Below are positions 36,809-48,860 of a DNA stretch of 64,000 nucleotides, in pieces. Within the stretch, counting starts at the first letter, position 1. Every line of letters begins with the position of its first letter. The notes beneath the pieces are model-generated. The model made no database searches and was not told the DNA's origin. It saw only the letters and a list, made by a program, of their open reading frames with translations. The translations under genes and the position numbers were made by a program. Source of the DNA: Eukaryota sp. TZLM1-RC (taxonomy: Eukaryota > Protista > Metamonada: BaSk clade); NCBI GenBank assembly GCA_040285825.1, contig JAUPSS010000001.1:62001-126000 (forward strand), written 5' to 3'.

Positions 36809-38029
36809 ATGTGTCCGAACAACCACTTTCTTTCAAATGAAGAATACCATGACTGGAGATTCAAGAAAGCTACGATCTTTGCCTTGTCATCACCCACAGA
36901 CTATAGTTCCTTCTCCATACCACCGAGCCAGGAAGAGGATCCATCCACCTTTTCTCTTCCACCAACGCCCCCAAGACCATTCATCTTCCCACCGCCTGGT
37001 TTTGATGGAATACCACTTGAATCACTTTCAACACTTTCTGCTCATGCTCAATCAGTTATTAATGACCTCTTTCATACTTGTTCCTTTGACGGCTTTATTG
37101 CTGATCCCTGGAAACTGGTACACGTCATCTGTGTTGCTGATGATGACTATCACGATAGACCCACTTCCGATCCTAAACAATATGATTGGAAGAACAGAAT
37201 AGAGTCTTCCATTCAGTTTGACTCTTTCAAGTACGTCTTTCTTCATTCGTCTGCTTACAGGGTCTTCTCATCTTTACAAACTAAACGGTTAGCAAAAGTG
37301 GTTTCTCCAAAGATTTCAGTTCTAAATAGAGGTTATTTTCCCTGCAATTCCATAAGTGCCGGTAAAATGAGATGTCCAGAGATTTCCAGGACTTTGTCTC
37401 TATTAAGTCTAAATAGAGACTCTTTTTATTGCGGATTACTCGACTTGGACATTGGCTTTGGTACTGTTCTCCATAGTAGCGTCAAAGCCACCCTTAAATC
37501 GTATTCTGTTGCGGGTAGTTTATTATCCCTTTGTTTAGATTCATTGAACGATAGAAGAGCAATTTTCTTTGGTCCTTGTGGTGCTATTGATGGCCTGACA
37601 CCTATAAGTTTGACTAGCAATGGTCTGGGCCTGATCTCTGGTGATCCTCTGCATAGGTTGATTTATCTTTTGGTCTTGGATCCTTTGGTGTCGTTTATCC
37701 ACAAATGTAGGCCTTCATTTGGTATTGAATTTAAAGATTTTCATTTTGACATTATCTTGTTTAGTGGTCAATTGCTTTTCATATCAAAGGATATCAAGTC
37801 AATGAAAAAGCTCATTAACAAGATAATTGATTACTGTCATTCGGTAGGCATTCTTCTACAACCACAATTACTGTATTGTTCCCATTTCGATCGAGGTGTT
37901 AACAGTAAATCCGGTATTAGCTTGAGTAATATTGAGAAGGAAACGCTTGAACTTCCAATGATCACATCTAGGGTGGTCAGCCAATTTCCCCTAGCCCAAC
38001 CTTTATTAGAATTAGGATTGGTTAAATAA
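36809..38029 (+). CDS. Intact 406-aa ORF with a degenerate non-LTR reverse transcriptase domain
   Basis: YRVFSSLQTKRL..ISVLNRGY, LDLDIGFGTVLH, GLISGDPL..LVLDPL, ILFSGQLL (FADD position), YCHSVGILL. Confidence 0.7.
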   Translation: MCPNNHFLSNEEYHDWRFKKATIFALSSPTDYSSFSIPPSQEEDPSTFSLPPTPPRPFIFPPPGFDGIPLESLSTLSAHAQSVINDLFHTCSFDGFIADPWKLVHVICVADDDYHDRPTSDPKQYDWKNRIESSIQFDSFKYVFLHSSAYRVFSSLQTKRLAKVVSPKISVLNRGYFPCNSISAGKMRCPEISRTLSLLSLNRDSFYCGLLDLDIGFGTVLHSSVKATLKSYSVAGSLLSLCLDSLNDRRAIFFGPCGAIDGLTPISLTSNGLGLISGDPLHRLIYLLVLDPLVSFIHKCRPSFGIEFKDFHFDIILFSGQLLFISKDIKSMKKLINKIIDYCHSVGILLQPQLLYCSHFDRGVNSKSGISLSNIEKETLELPMITSRVVSQFPLAQPLLELGLVK

Positions 38030-38549
38030 AATTGTTTTATTTGTCGTTTTTTATTCTTTTTTTATCAGATTTTTAGTTTTTTTAACCTAGGGTGATTGAC
38101 TTGCTAAAGAATATCTGATTATTTTGTTACTCTTATCAGAAAGATCAATAATTTCACGATTATTTTTGAAAGCGGTTGTCTCAGGAATTAGACTTATTTT
38201 TGACTCTTCCTTTTGCCCGCACCCATGAAGAGGAAGCACCATTGATTAATTTGCAGAAAATTCATAGGTTTTGCTGAATATATATTTAAATCACCACAAG
38301 TATTGATTGGTGATTTAGAACTTGACTTCACATTCAATTTGAATCAAAGAGATTATTCAAATCAACTATTTAAACAAAATTAACGTCCATACGTTGAACA
38401 ATTTTTGTTAAGAAAACGTTGAATTAGTGTGCTCATATAGAGCTTTTAATTTGTCGTTTTCGATTCCAAAAAAAGAAACTATAAGTTGAAAGTAAAACTA
38501 TGTAATTGAGAAGAAAAAACAATTCTTGGAACATGTTCAGTAAATGCCT

Positions 38550-39480
38550 TGATAACAGAAGTCTGTTCTTATTTGTTTTGAAGACCTGGATTTTTCTAAA
38601 CGACTTAGTGTGACTAAGATTAATAATCCCGTCTTTGCTGCCTTTTTATCAGACATCCAGAACTGTACTAGTTTAATATCTCAGCAACCAAGGCCATTTG
38701 GTCTTCACTTAACAATGAAGCTTGGAAACAAAACATGCGGTTGAGATTAGGAATGTATCCAAGTGGTCTTTTGGACAATTCTTATTGTATTTGTAACAAA
38801 AAACCTACTGCCAATTTCCGTCATATTGTGAGCTGTAAGAAATTTCTCCAATATAGGTCAGTTCTACATAATGCCGTTCGTGATGTGACATATGAGATGT
38901 TCAAATGTTACTATTTTAGTTGCAAAGCAGAAACTTTGTTGAAGCATCATAGTGATGATAATCTGTTTAATTCACGTCGAGGTGATTTAATTGCTCCTTT
39001 TGTGGATTCCTCTCAAGTTGTTGTTGATTTCACTACAGTTGATCCCTTTGCTTTTGTTTATCGCAATGATGTTTTACTTAGTACTAATGGTCATATGAGC
39101 AAGGGTGAAGATCGTAAGAGAGATAAATATACTGAAATATTAAATGATTTAAATAAGAACCTTTACTCGAAGTTTTCGTTTGTTCCTTTTGTCTTTTCGA
39201 TTTTTGGCAATATTGGACAATCTGCCTTGAATTTCATCAATGATTTTGGTAATTTATGTCGTTCAAGTGGTAAGAATTTTGCAGAGAATTTATGGAAAAA
39301 TCGTATCATTTTCGCTTTGTACAGAAGTGTTCCCAAGTACTTGCGTTGAATGATGTCCAAACTTTATAAGGATTCATCAAGAGTTGGCGTGGAGAATTTA
39401 GTTTCTTATGTGTTTTAGTTTGTTTTGTTTATATTTGATTCTTCGAAGAATAAATTTTTTTTATTAAAAATTATACAAAA
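38550..39480 (+). mobile_element. CRE-like retrotransposon 3' part (family D)
   Basis: MRLRLG, CIC..HIVSC, HNAVRD, RRGDL..DFT, GEDRKRDKY. Confidence 0.88.
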
Positions 39481-39765
39481 TAATTTTTTATATAAAAACT
39501 TGATCTCTCAACCATTGAAATAACAAATTCTCTCTACCTATTCGGAACTGTTCTTGAATAACAAAACTTTTTAATTAATTTTTCAGCAATGGAGTCAATT
39601 AACAAACAAACAGAAAAAAAATCACAGTAAATTGGTATAAAAAGAGTTTGTTGAATTATTGCAAGTAGAAGGGTCTCAAATAGGAGAGGTCGAACATATT
39701 AGAAACATTGGATAAGGGAACAACACTTTTCTAAATTGAATCTCTCCTTTCAAACATTTGTAGCA

Positions 39766-40023
39766 ATGAGCAAACAAAGCGAGAAACACGAACGACTCAA
39801 GGCTTGTTCTTCTGCACTGGACTACTATGAAAAGACCTATAGACCTCTTCACTTGATATCTGAAGATAACACTTGCTGTTCCAGGTGCTTAAAATGTCAA
39901 TGTCTGTGTTGCTGTGGATGCTCTTGCTTCTGGGTTAGCTTTGTCTTCTTTCTCATCCTGCTTCTTATACTAGGATTTGTCTTTTGGAGTGATCTTAAAC
40001 CTCTTTTAGATAAATGGATATAA
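39766..40023 (+). CDS. Small Cys-rich single-pass membrane protein
   Basis: 85 aa; CCSRCLKCQCLCCCGCSC followed by a hydrophobic helix. Confidence 0.6.
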   Translation: MSKQSEKHERLKACSSALDYYEKTYRPLHLISEDNTCCSRCLKCQCLCCCGCSCFWVSFVFFLILLLILGFVFWSDLKPLLDKWI

Positions 40024-40658
40024 TGTTTTCCTCGTGTTAGTTTGCCGTTCATAGCTGTATAGTATCTGTAAAGTGTGTATTTTAGTCTTTTTTATTCCAC
40101 TTTGTCATCGACAATACGTGCAGTCAGGTAAGCATAGTCTTCAGCAGGTTGTGTTTGCTCTTATTCGGATAGAAATGAGTTTCAAAAAGAGAAAAATGAT
40201 AGAAACAATAGTCAAATACTGAATCTAAAAACTATAAAAAATGATGTTTACATTAGAGGTTGATATGAATTACAAAATGGAACTAAACAATATAACAAGA
40301 AAGTGGAAGTTTTCCTCTAACAAAGTGATTCTTATTGAAGGTTCCGAACTACAGCTTCCAAAAACAGTTGATTGAAACTATTCACTTATTGTTGAACATT
40401 GTATAGCAATTGCAATAGTGCCAAGACAATTGCCTCATTTCAAAACTCAATCTTTCTAACAAACACAGGGAACATGAACAGAAAAATTATCACTAATTGT
40501 GGGGTTGTATAGAGAGTATTGAAACAAATTGTTCAAGTGAAGGTAAAAAGAGATGTTCACTTACACCAAAGTTGTTTTTCTGGTCAAAAAGATTATGACC
40601 TCCAAAGACTTCGTTTTAATTTGGTAAATCGATCGGAATCTCATCATTTTCCGCCACC

Positions 40659-42048
40659 ATGCAACAGCAACTTGACCAACTATTTGAACGTGTAAAGCAA
40701 CGCGATCCCGCACAGCCTGAAGTTTGTTTTTAATCGATCCATTAGCTCACCGCAGTTCCTTCAAGCTGTGGAAGAAGTACTTTCTACCCTTGCTCCGGTC
40801 CTTGAAAAGTATCCTGAATACTTACCTGTGTTGGAAAGACTCGTTGAACCCGAACGTATGATTATCTTCCGTGTTCCTTGGCTTGATGCCCAAGGCAACA
40901 GCCGTGTTAACAGAGGTATTCGTGTTCAATACAACTCTGCCCTTGGCCCTTATAAGGGAGGTTGTCGCTTCCATCCATCTGTAAATCTTTCTGTCATTAA
41001 ATTCCTTGGTTTTGAACAAATTTTCAAGAATGCTTTGACAGGTCTTCCTCTTGGTGCTGGTAAAGGTGGTGCTGATTTTGATCCTAAAGGCAAGACCGAA
41101 ATGGAAATTGAACTCTTCTGCCAATCTTTTATGACTGAATTGCAACGTTATCTTGGTCCCAATACTGATGTTCCTGCTGGTGATATTGGTGTAGGAAAAC
41201 GTGAGGTTGGTTATATGTTTGGGCAATACAAGCGTATCAGAAATGCATGGGAAGGTATTCTCACTGGTAAAGGATACGAATATGGTGGCTCTCTCATCCG
41301 TCCCGAAGCTACTGGTTATGGAACTATTTACTTTGCCAATGAAATGCTCCAAGAGCACGGCTTGGACATTAAGGGCAAGAGATGTTGTGTCTCTGGTGCT
41401 GGAAATGTTGCTCAATTTGCTTGTGAAAAGCTTCTTGATATGGGTGCTGTTCCCCTCACCATGTCGGACTCCAGTGGTTACATTTATGAACCTGAAGGTA
41501 TTACTCGTGAAAAGCTTGCTATTATCATGAAGCTCAAGAATGTGGACAGACAACGTTTATCCGAATACCCCAAGCTTTCTCCCAGTGCAAAGTATGTTGC
41601 CGGAAAGCGTCCTTGGGAAGTAGTCTGTGAATTAGCTTTCCCCTGTGCCACCCAAAACGAAATTTCTGGTGAAGATGCTGAAACTTTGATCAAGAATGGA
41701 TGTTTCCTTGTTGCTGAGGGTGCTAACATGCCTTCAGTTCCTGCTGCTATCCACAAATATATGGCTTCCAATGGTCCTAACGGAATTCCTTTCCTTTACG
41801 GTCCCGGTAAGGCAGCCAACAGTGGTGGTGTTGCTGTTTCAGGTTTGGAAATGACCCAAAACTCTATGCGTCTCCGTTGGTCTCGTGAAGAAGTTGATAA
41901 CAAGTTGAAGGACATTATGAAGTCTGTTTTCCAAGTTGCTCGTGATACTGCTGAAGATCTTGGCAAACCTCATAACTACATGCTTGGAGCCAACTGTGGA
42001 GGTTTCCTCAGAGTTGCTGCAGCCATGCAAAAACAAGGCTGTGTTTAG
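40659..42048 (+). CDS. gdhA: NADP-specific glutamate dehydrogenase, copy 2 (intron 40722-40755; 451 aa)
   Basis: GPYKGG, FEQIFKN, GGADFDPKGK, DVPAGDIG, RPEATGYG, GAGNVA, AEGANMP; splicing restores PAQPE|FLQAVEEV. Confidence 0.97.
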
Positions 42049-42099
42049 ATTCTTTTATCTGTATTTATGTGTTTATTGTATAAATGTTTATCTTTTCAT

Positions 42100-43530
42100 A
42101 TAAAAAAATTGACCAAATGATGAAGTTGGAGCTACAGAAACATATAAAAATTACCATAATAAGTCCCCGTTTCGATCCAAATTTTAATCAAAATTTTCGA
42201 TCTTTTTATTCTCTACACCTGTTGTCCAAAAGTTTGATGAATTGTGTACTAAAGTTCTGTCACAATTATTAGGATGTAAAATTTCCCAGTCCCCTAATCT
42301 CCCCCTTGTCTTAGTCCACAATATGGTTGTTTAGGCTGGACTACAGCATCAATTCTTGCTTCGTTAGCTTTCATTGTTGGATGCAAAATGCGTAGTTTTA
42401 TCAGTATCAGTCGAAAGATCAACTATTTTTGCTATAAATGAAAAAATTTCAAAAATTGATTGATGAAGCATTTGTAACAAAAATGAGATTATATTTGAAC
42501 ATCCCCATTAATCAATTGTTATCAAAAGAAAAATGTATTTGTTCGAATTCACCTCAACTCACTTTGCGCCATGCTCTGAATTGCTCTAAATTAATAACTT
42601 ATCGTTCTTCATTACATGATACTGTTAGAGAAACTGTTTTCAATATGGCACAAACTGCAAGGATATCGTGTATCAAAGAGCCCCTGCTGAAGGAAACATT
42701 TTCTGTGAATAATTTTGGTTCTGATGATAGAGGTGATGTATACTGTGATTGGATTGATAATTCTGAAGCTATTGTTGACTTTGTCTCATGTAATGTTGCA
42801 AATGATACTTTGGTTCACAGAAGAAAACTTAATCCTGTGGCTGCTCTGGATTTTAAAGCAAAAGAGAAACATAGAAAATATCATAAAGATATTGAAGAGG
42901 CTAATGTCGATAGAAATACATAGCTGGTTTTTATTGCGTTCCCATTTTCGATAAATGGAAGATTATCAGTTGAAGCAGAAACTTTTTTGGATAACTTCCA
43001 AAAAATGGTTCAAGAAAAAACAATAAAAAGATTTGATATTTTTTTATGGTGTTCACGGATTCAATTTGCCATTATTAATAGATTGCCTCGGTTTTTCAAT
43101 CGCATAAGAGAAGCTTTAGCTAGACAGCAAGCAGATCAAGATTTTTTAGAGGAAATCTTGGTTCAATGATAGTCGTCCCATTAGTTATGAGTTAATTTAA
43201 TTAAGTGTGAAATTAATTTTCGATAAATGGAAGATTATCAGTTGAAGCAGAAACATTTTTGGATGACTTCCAAAAAATGGTGAAAGAAAAAACAATGAAA
43301 AGATTTGATATTTTTTTATGGCGTTCACGGATTCAATTTGCCATTGTTAATAGATTACCGCGGTTTTTCAATCGAATTAGAGAAGCTTTAGCTAGACAGC
43401 AAGCAAATCAAGATTTTGTAGAGGAAATCTTGGTTTAATGATAGTCGTCCCATTAGTTATGATTTAATTTAATCAAGTGTGCAAATTCAATAAATTAATA
43501 TTTCATTAAGTGTGCAAATTCAAAAAATAG
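42100..43530 (+). mobile_element. CRE-like family A fragments with tandemly duplicated 3' end
   Basis: ORF 42438-42923; 3' ~260 bp repeated at 43220-43500. Confidence 0.88.
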
Positions 43531-44452
43531 TTTTAACAAATGATTAATTGTAATTTTCCGAGAACATTTTTTTAAAAATTCATTTCTATTTTCAACGCTA
43601 ACAAAACATTAAAAAAAGCAAAATTCAATATTCTCAATATACGCATCAACATTATCAAATCTCTTAAACGTGCGATTTGTTTTCTAGAACATTTACAAAT
43701 TAAATTATGGGGTAAATTATCAGGCCAGATAAAGGAACGAAATCTCATATTCAAAGTCCAAGCATAGTCAGTTAAGAGAGTGCCATAAACATGAGGAATT
43801 GTTGTTACTAAGGCAGAAGAAGTACTGTCACATATATCTTGTAAAAGATTTGCAAAAGCGAGATTTTTTTTCTTGGGCAAGCCAAGTCTAACATCAAAAT
43901 CCAAGCTTCCAAAAATGTTTGACAATTTTTGTTGAAGCTTTTTGCAGCAAAACTGCAAATTAAACAGAGATCGGTTTGGAATTTCTTGAATTGAGTGGGG
44001 AAAACATTTGGTCCAAATTTGTGGTGGCAATCTATCAAGTTTACAAGATAACTCATTCAAATACGGACTGCAACTAAGAACTAACAAATGAGAATCTTCA
44101 GGAAATCTACGAGAAAATTCATCAATAAAAATCTCGCATCCACCCAAAAATACTGATTGACACAAAATTGATGATTTAGTAAATCCAATACCACCCAAAT
44201 TTGCTGGAAAAAATAAGTGATTCCTCAACATTCCTGGTTCTACATCCAATAAATCAGCAAAGAACTCTGTTCTCAATGAATTAAAGGAACCACAAAAATC
44301 TAATGCTATAAAAGAAGCCCAAGATCTGAAAATGTGGGTTATTCTCCTAGTATAGCAAATTTTAAGCATAAAAAACTTAATATGTTTTTGTAAATCTAAG
44401 GAAGAAATTGAATCAAGTTCAAATTTGATTTTTTTCCAAAAAAACCTTGTAA
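43531..44452 (-). mobile_element. CRE-like family C fragment carrying a ~115-bp family B 3'-end insertion (43567-43680)
   Basis: Homologous to 31800-32600; the insert matches 36480-36590 and is flanked by TTTC..AGAACATTT repeats. Confidence 0.85.
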
Positions 44453-45841
44453 ATCAAATTTACCATTATAAGACTGTGTTTTAGTTCCAACTTCAATCAT
44501 ATATTTCGATCTACAAATCCTCTCGTCACTAGACCTTTGGCTCAAAAGTTTAATGAGTTACGTGCAAAAGTTCTGTCTCAATTACTGGGATGTAAAATGT
44601 TTCAAATTCCAGATCATGCTTACCTTAGTCCACATTATGGTGGTTTAGGGTGGACGAAGGCTTCTATTCTTACCTCGTGTGCTTTTGTTGGTGGATGCAG
44701 AAATGCAATCTTTGAGTTTTCCGAAAGATTTGCAGATTGGGAAGATTTATTGATGACAACGCAAAGTTCCACTGTTTTTGCATTAAATGAAGAAATTTCA
44801 AGAATTGATGTAGAAAAATGGGGTCGATGTTTTCCCCAATCATTCAATGGCAATATTCCAGAAAAAAATGTTTTAAATTTGAAGTACACTCTTCGAACAT
44901 TACAGAAAAGATTGACTGGAATGTATGAAAAAGATCTTTATAATAATATTTGCAGCTCGGCTGTTTTAAATCAAGATCTTCACTCATTGTTATTGGAAAA
45001 GGGTGTTTGTGAAAACAAGGCGTCAGATTCTTCACTTTTTGTAACCATTGTACCACGAAGATTTGAATTGTGTGCCACTAATTAAGCATTTGTAACAAAA
45101 ATGAGATTATATTTGAACATCCCCATTAACCAATTATTATCAAAAGAAAAATGTATTTGTTCGAATTCACCTCAACTCACTTTGCGCCATGCTCTAAATT
45201 GCTCTAAATTGATAACATATCGTTCTTCATTACATGATGCTGTTAGAGACACTGTTTTCAATATGGCACAAACTGCAGGGATATCGTGTATCAAAGAGCC
45301 CCTGCTGCAGGAAACACTTTCTCTGAATAATTTTGGTTCTGATGATAGAGGTGATGTATAATGTGATTGGATTGATAATTCTGAAGCTATTGTTGACTTT
45401 GTCTCATGTAATGTTGCAAACGAGATTTTGGTTCACAGAAGAAAACTTAATCCTGTGGCTGCTCTCGATTTTAAAGCAAAAGAAAAACATATGCAATATG
45501 ATAAAGATATTGATGAGGCTAATGCTGATAGAAATACACAGCTGGTTTTTATTGCTTTCCCATTTTCGATGAATGGAAGATTATCAGATGAAGCAGAAAC
45601 TTTTTTGAATGACTTCCAAAAAATGGTTCAAGAAAAAACAATGAAAAGATTTGATATTTTTTGGCGCTCTCGGATTCAATTTGCCATTATTAATAGATTA
45701 CCTCGGTTTTTCAATCGAATTGGAGAAGCTTTAACTAGACAGCAAGCAGATCAAGATTTTGTAGATGAAATCTTGGTTCAATGATAGTCGTCCCATTTGT
45801 TATGAGTTAATTTAATTAAGTGTGCAAATTCAATAAATATT
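44453..45841 (+). mobile_element. CRE-like family A, 5'-truncated, nested in family C
   Basis: TSD AACCTTGTAA at 44443-44452 and 45842-45851. Confidence 0.92.
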
Positions 45842-45869
45842 AACCTTGTAATTCATGCTGAATTTAAAA

Positions 45870-46120
45870 TCTTGAAAACAAAATCAACATCTTCAACAAA
45901 ATTTGAATATAAAAAAGACGATGTCAAACTAGTCCCATGCCCTAGACTGCTACATTGTCAAAACAGTGAATGTGGCGTCTCTTGGGATAGGGATGTTAGC
46001 AGTGCTCTCAACATGTACAGGATTACATACTCTCATATTCATGATAATTGTAGACCAATGGTACGACAACGCTCAGGGAGTTTGGGAAAGAATGTTTAAA
46101 GTATTAGATTTAAGATTTGT
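45870..46120 (+). pseudogene. Fanzor 3' relic F3b
   Basis: LLHCQNSECGVSWDRDVSSALNM..RPMVRQR. Confidence 0.85.
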
Positions 46121-46173
46121 AGAAACAACATATAGTTTTAAAGCAACTTAAACCATCCCTCACCAACATCTCA

Positions 46174-46734
46174 ATGAAACTCGACTCATTACTACTTTTC
46201 CTGAAGAGTCCTTCCAAGTCTGCCATTTCCGAATGCCTCACACTCTCTTTAAATTCACTTGATTCAAAGGATCCCAGCTCCTTCAACCTTCAAATAGCAT
46301 CCAACTTATCCATAACTAATGAAGAGGCAGAGAATCTTCGTTCAACAACATTATCTTTTGTTAAGAAATGTCTCTCAAACAAAGCCTTCACTCGAGAAGG
46401 AATAGCGTCCACCTTCCCCTCAGATTTTCATGACCAATTACGCACCTTGCTCGCTAAACAACTATCAAAGCTGCTCCCAGAGTTTGAACAGCGAACTCGA
46501 TCCACCAGAAGCTATCTTCCTCGTTTGGTTCAAGTTTCCGCTGATGTAGCCTTCTCTTGCGCATCTTCGGAAACTTCTTCCTTGGCTGTCCCAACAGCTG
46601 TTGTTGATCTTAATCTTGTGGATAGTAATGGTAGAAATGAAGACGTGGAGTTTGAGATGAATAGAGACAGCTTGGGTATAATGGTAAAAGGATTGTCTAA
46701 GATTAAAGAGCAACTGGTTTCAATGTCTAAGTAA
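46174..46734 (+). CDS. COMMD9: COMM domain protein 9
   Basis: FPSDFHDQLRTLL, LPRLV..SLAVPTA, EMNRDSLGIMVKGLSKIKEQL. Confidence 0.85.
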   Translation: MKLDSLLLFLKSPSKSAISECLTLSLNSLDSKDPSSFNLQIASNLSITNEEAENLRSTTLSFVKKCLSNKAFTREGIASTFPSDFHDQLRTLLAKQLSKLLPEFEQRTRSTRSYLPRLVQVSADVAFSCASSETSSLAVPTAVVDLNLVDSNGRNEDVEFEMNRDSLGIMVKGLSKIKEQLVSMSK

Positions 46735-47112
46735 TTATTAGGTATGTAATTGTATTTATTTTATGTTATTTTTATTGGTGAATAAATGAAATTATTTCTT
46801 TTTTTGGAATCTTTGTTCTGTATTTAATTATTAATTTTTTAATGTCAACCACAGACAATCTCTGAACTTCTACTGAATGAAAGAGGTGACAGTAACTTCA
46901 ACGTTGACGACTTCAATTGAAAAAAGTTAAGAATATCTGAAATGTAGAAATTACGCAAGGTTAGATAATACTACATAGTATAAGGTTCCTTATACTTTCC
47001 CTATCGATTGGGCGTATGAACCTTGGACCAAGGTCTTGTTTAAGTTTTTGTTCTTCCAGAAAGAATTGATTTAGAAAAATTAATCTTTTTGACTGACAGT
47101 TTTCCTTTCATA

Positions 47113-48200
47113 GAAGATTTATTGATGACAACACAAAGTTCCACTGTTTTTGCATTAAAATATGAAATTTCAAAAATTGATGCGGAAAAATGGAGTCGAT
47201 GCTTTCCCCAATCATTCAATGGCAATATTCCGGAATAGAATTTTTTAAATTTAAAATACACTCTTCGAACATTACAGAAACGATTGACTGGAATGTATGA
47301 AAATGATCTTTATAATAGTATATGCAGCTCGGCTGTTTTAAATCAAGATCTTCACTCATTGTTATTGGAAAAGGGTGTTTGTGAAAACAAGTCGTCAGAT
47401 TCTTCACTTTTTGTAACTATTGTACCACGAAGATTTGGGTTGTGTGCCACTAGTGAAACATTTGTAACAAAAATGAGATTATATTTGAACATCCCCATTA
47501 ATCAATTATTATCAAAAGATAAATGTATTTGTTCGAATTCACCTCAACTCACTTTGCGCCATGCTCTAAATTGCTCTAAATTGATAACTTATCGTTCTTC
47601 ATTACATGATGCTCTTAGAGACACTGTTTTCAATATGGCACAAACTGCAAGAATATCGTGAATCAAAGAGCCTCTGCTGAAGGAAACACTTTCTCTGAAT
47701 AATTTTAGTTCCGATGATAGAGGTGATGTATACTGTGACTGAATTAATAATTCTGAAGCTATTGTTGACTTTGTCTCATGTAATATTGCAATAGATATTT
47801 AGGTTCGCAGAAGAAAACCTAATCCTGTGGCTGCTCTCGATTTTAAAGCAAAAGAAAAACATATGCAATATGATAAAGATATTGAAGAGGCTAATGCTGA
47901 TAGAAATACACAGCTGGTTTTTATTGCTTTCCCATTTTCGATGAATGGAAGATTATCAGATGAAGCAGAAACTTTTTTGAATGACTTCCAAAAAATGGTT
48001 CAAGAAAAAACAATGAAAAGATTTGATATTTTTTGGCGCTCTCGGATTCAATTTGCCATTATTAATAGATTACCTCGGTTTTTCAATCGAATTGGAGAAG
48101 CTTTAACTAGACAGCAAGCAGATCAAGATTTTGTAGATGAAATCTTGGTTCATTGAATTTTGTCCCATTAGTTATAAATTAATTTTTTCAGGTGTGTACG
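47113..48200 (+). mobile_element. CRE-like family A 3' part
   Basis: Near-identical to 32630-33740 and 44740-45830. Confidence 0.9.
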
Positions 48201-48459
48201 TTCAATAAAAGTTAAGTTTCATAGAACAATTCAAAACAAAGCAAAAGTTATAGAAAAATTTTTTTCCTGAAGATATACAAGATTGTGATTCATAATTGAT
48301 AATGTTTTTTATATTTTTGTATTTTCTGCTCTTAAAGCTTGTTCGGCTGATTAGCAGTAATTTACAACATTGTTTGAACAATTCCACAGCAAACACTATA
48401 AGTGTTTTTTTGATTGAGTCAAGTAAAGGCAAGGAATTATGGACTAGGGGTTCATAATT

Positions 48460-48610
48460 TATTTTAAAAAAATTTATTTAATTTATTTAATTTATTTTTA
48501 TTATTTATTTTAATTTATTTTATTTTTTATTTATTTTATTTATTTTTTTTATTTTATTTTTATATTTTTATTTTTATTTTTTTATTTTTATTTTTAGTTT
48601 AATTTATTTA
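48460..48610. repeat. Low-complexity (TTTA/TTTTA)n tract
   Basis: Almost pure A/T. Confidence 0.9.
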
Positions 48611-48860
48611 AGTTGTAAAATAATAAACCTCTTTCGTACTCATCACAGCCAGTTGATTGGCGGATATTGAGAAGCTAACAGAACAATAATGATTATGTTT
48701 TTTGAGGAACTCTATAATGGAGTCATAAATTTCTGTTTTTCACTTGTAACAAAACGGTCTTTTCCCAAAGGTTGTTTCCCAAATTAACACTGAATATACT
48801 TTTTTGGGGTTTTATGTCGGAAATTCCCATAAATACACGATCAATTTTCGTGTGGAATAA

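Noticed and set aside
40822-41553. 243-aa antisense ORF within GDH (also 29118-29849)
   Set aside because: Explained by codon bias of a highly expressed gene; no recognisable motifs.
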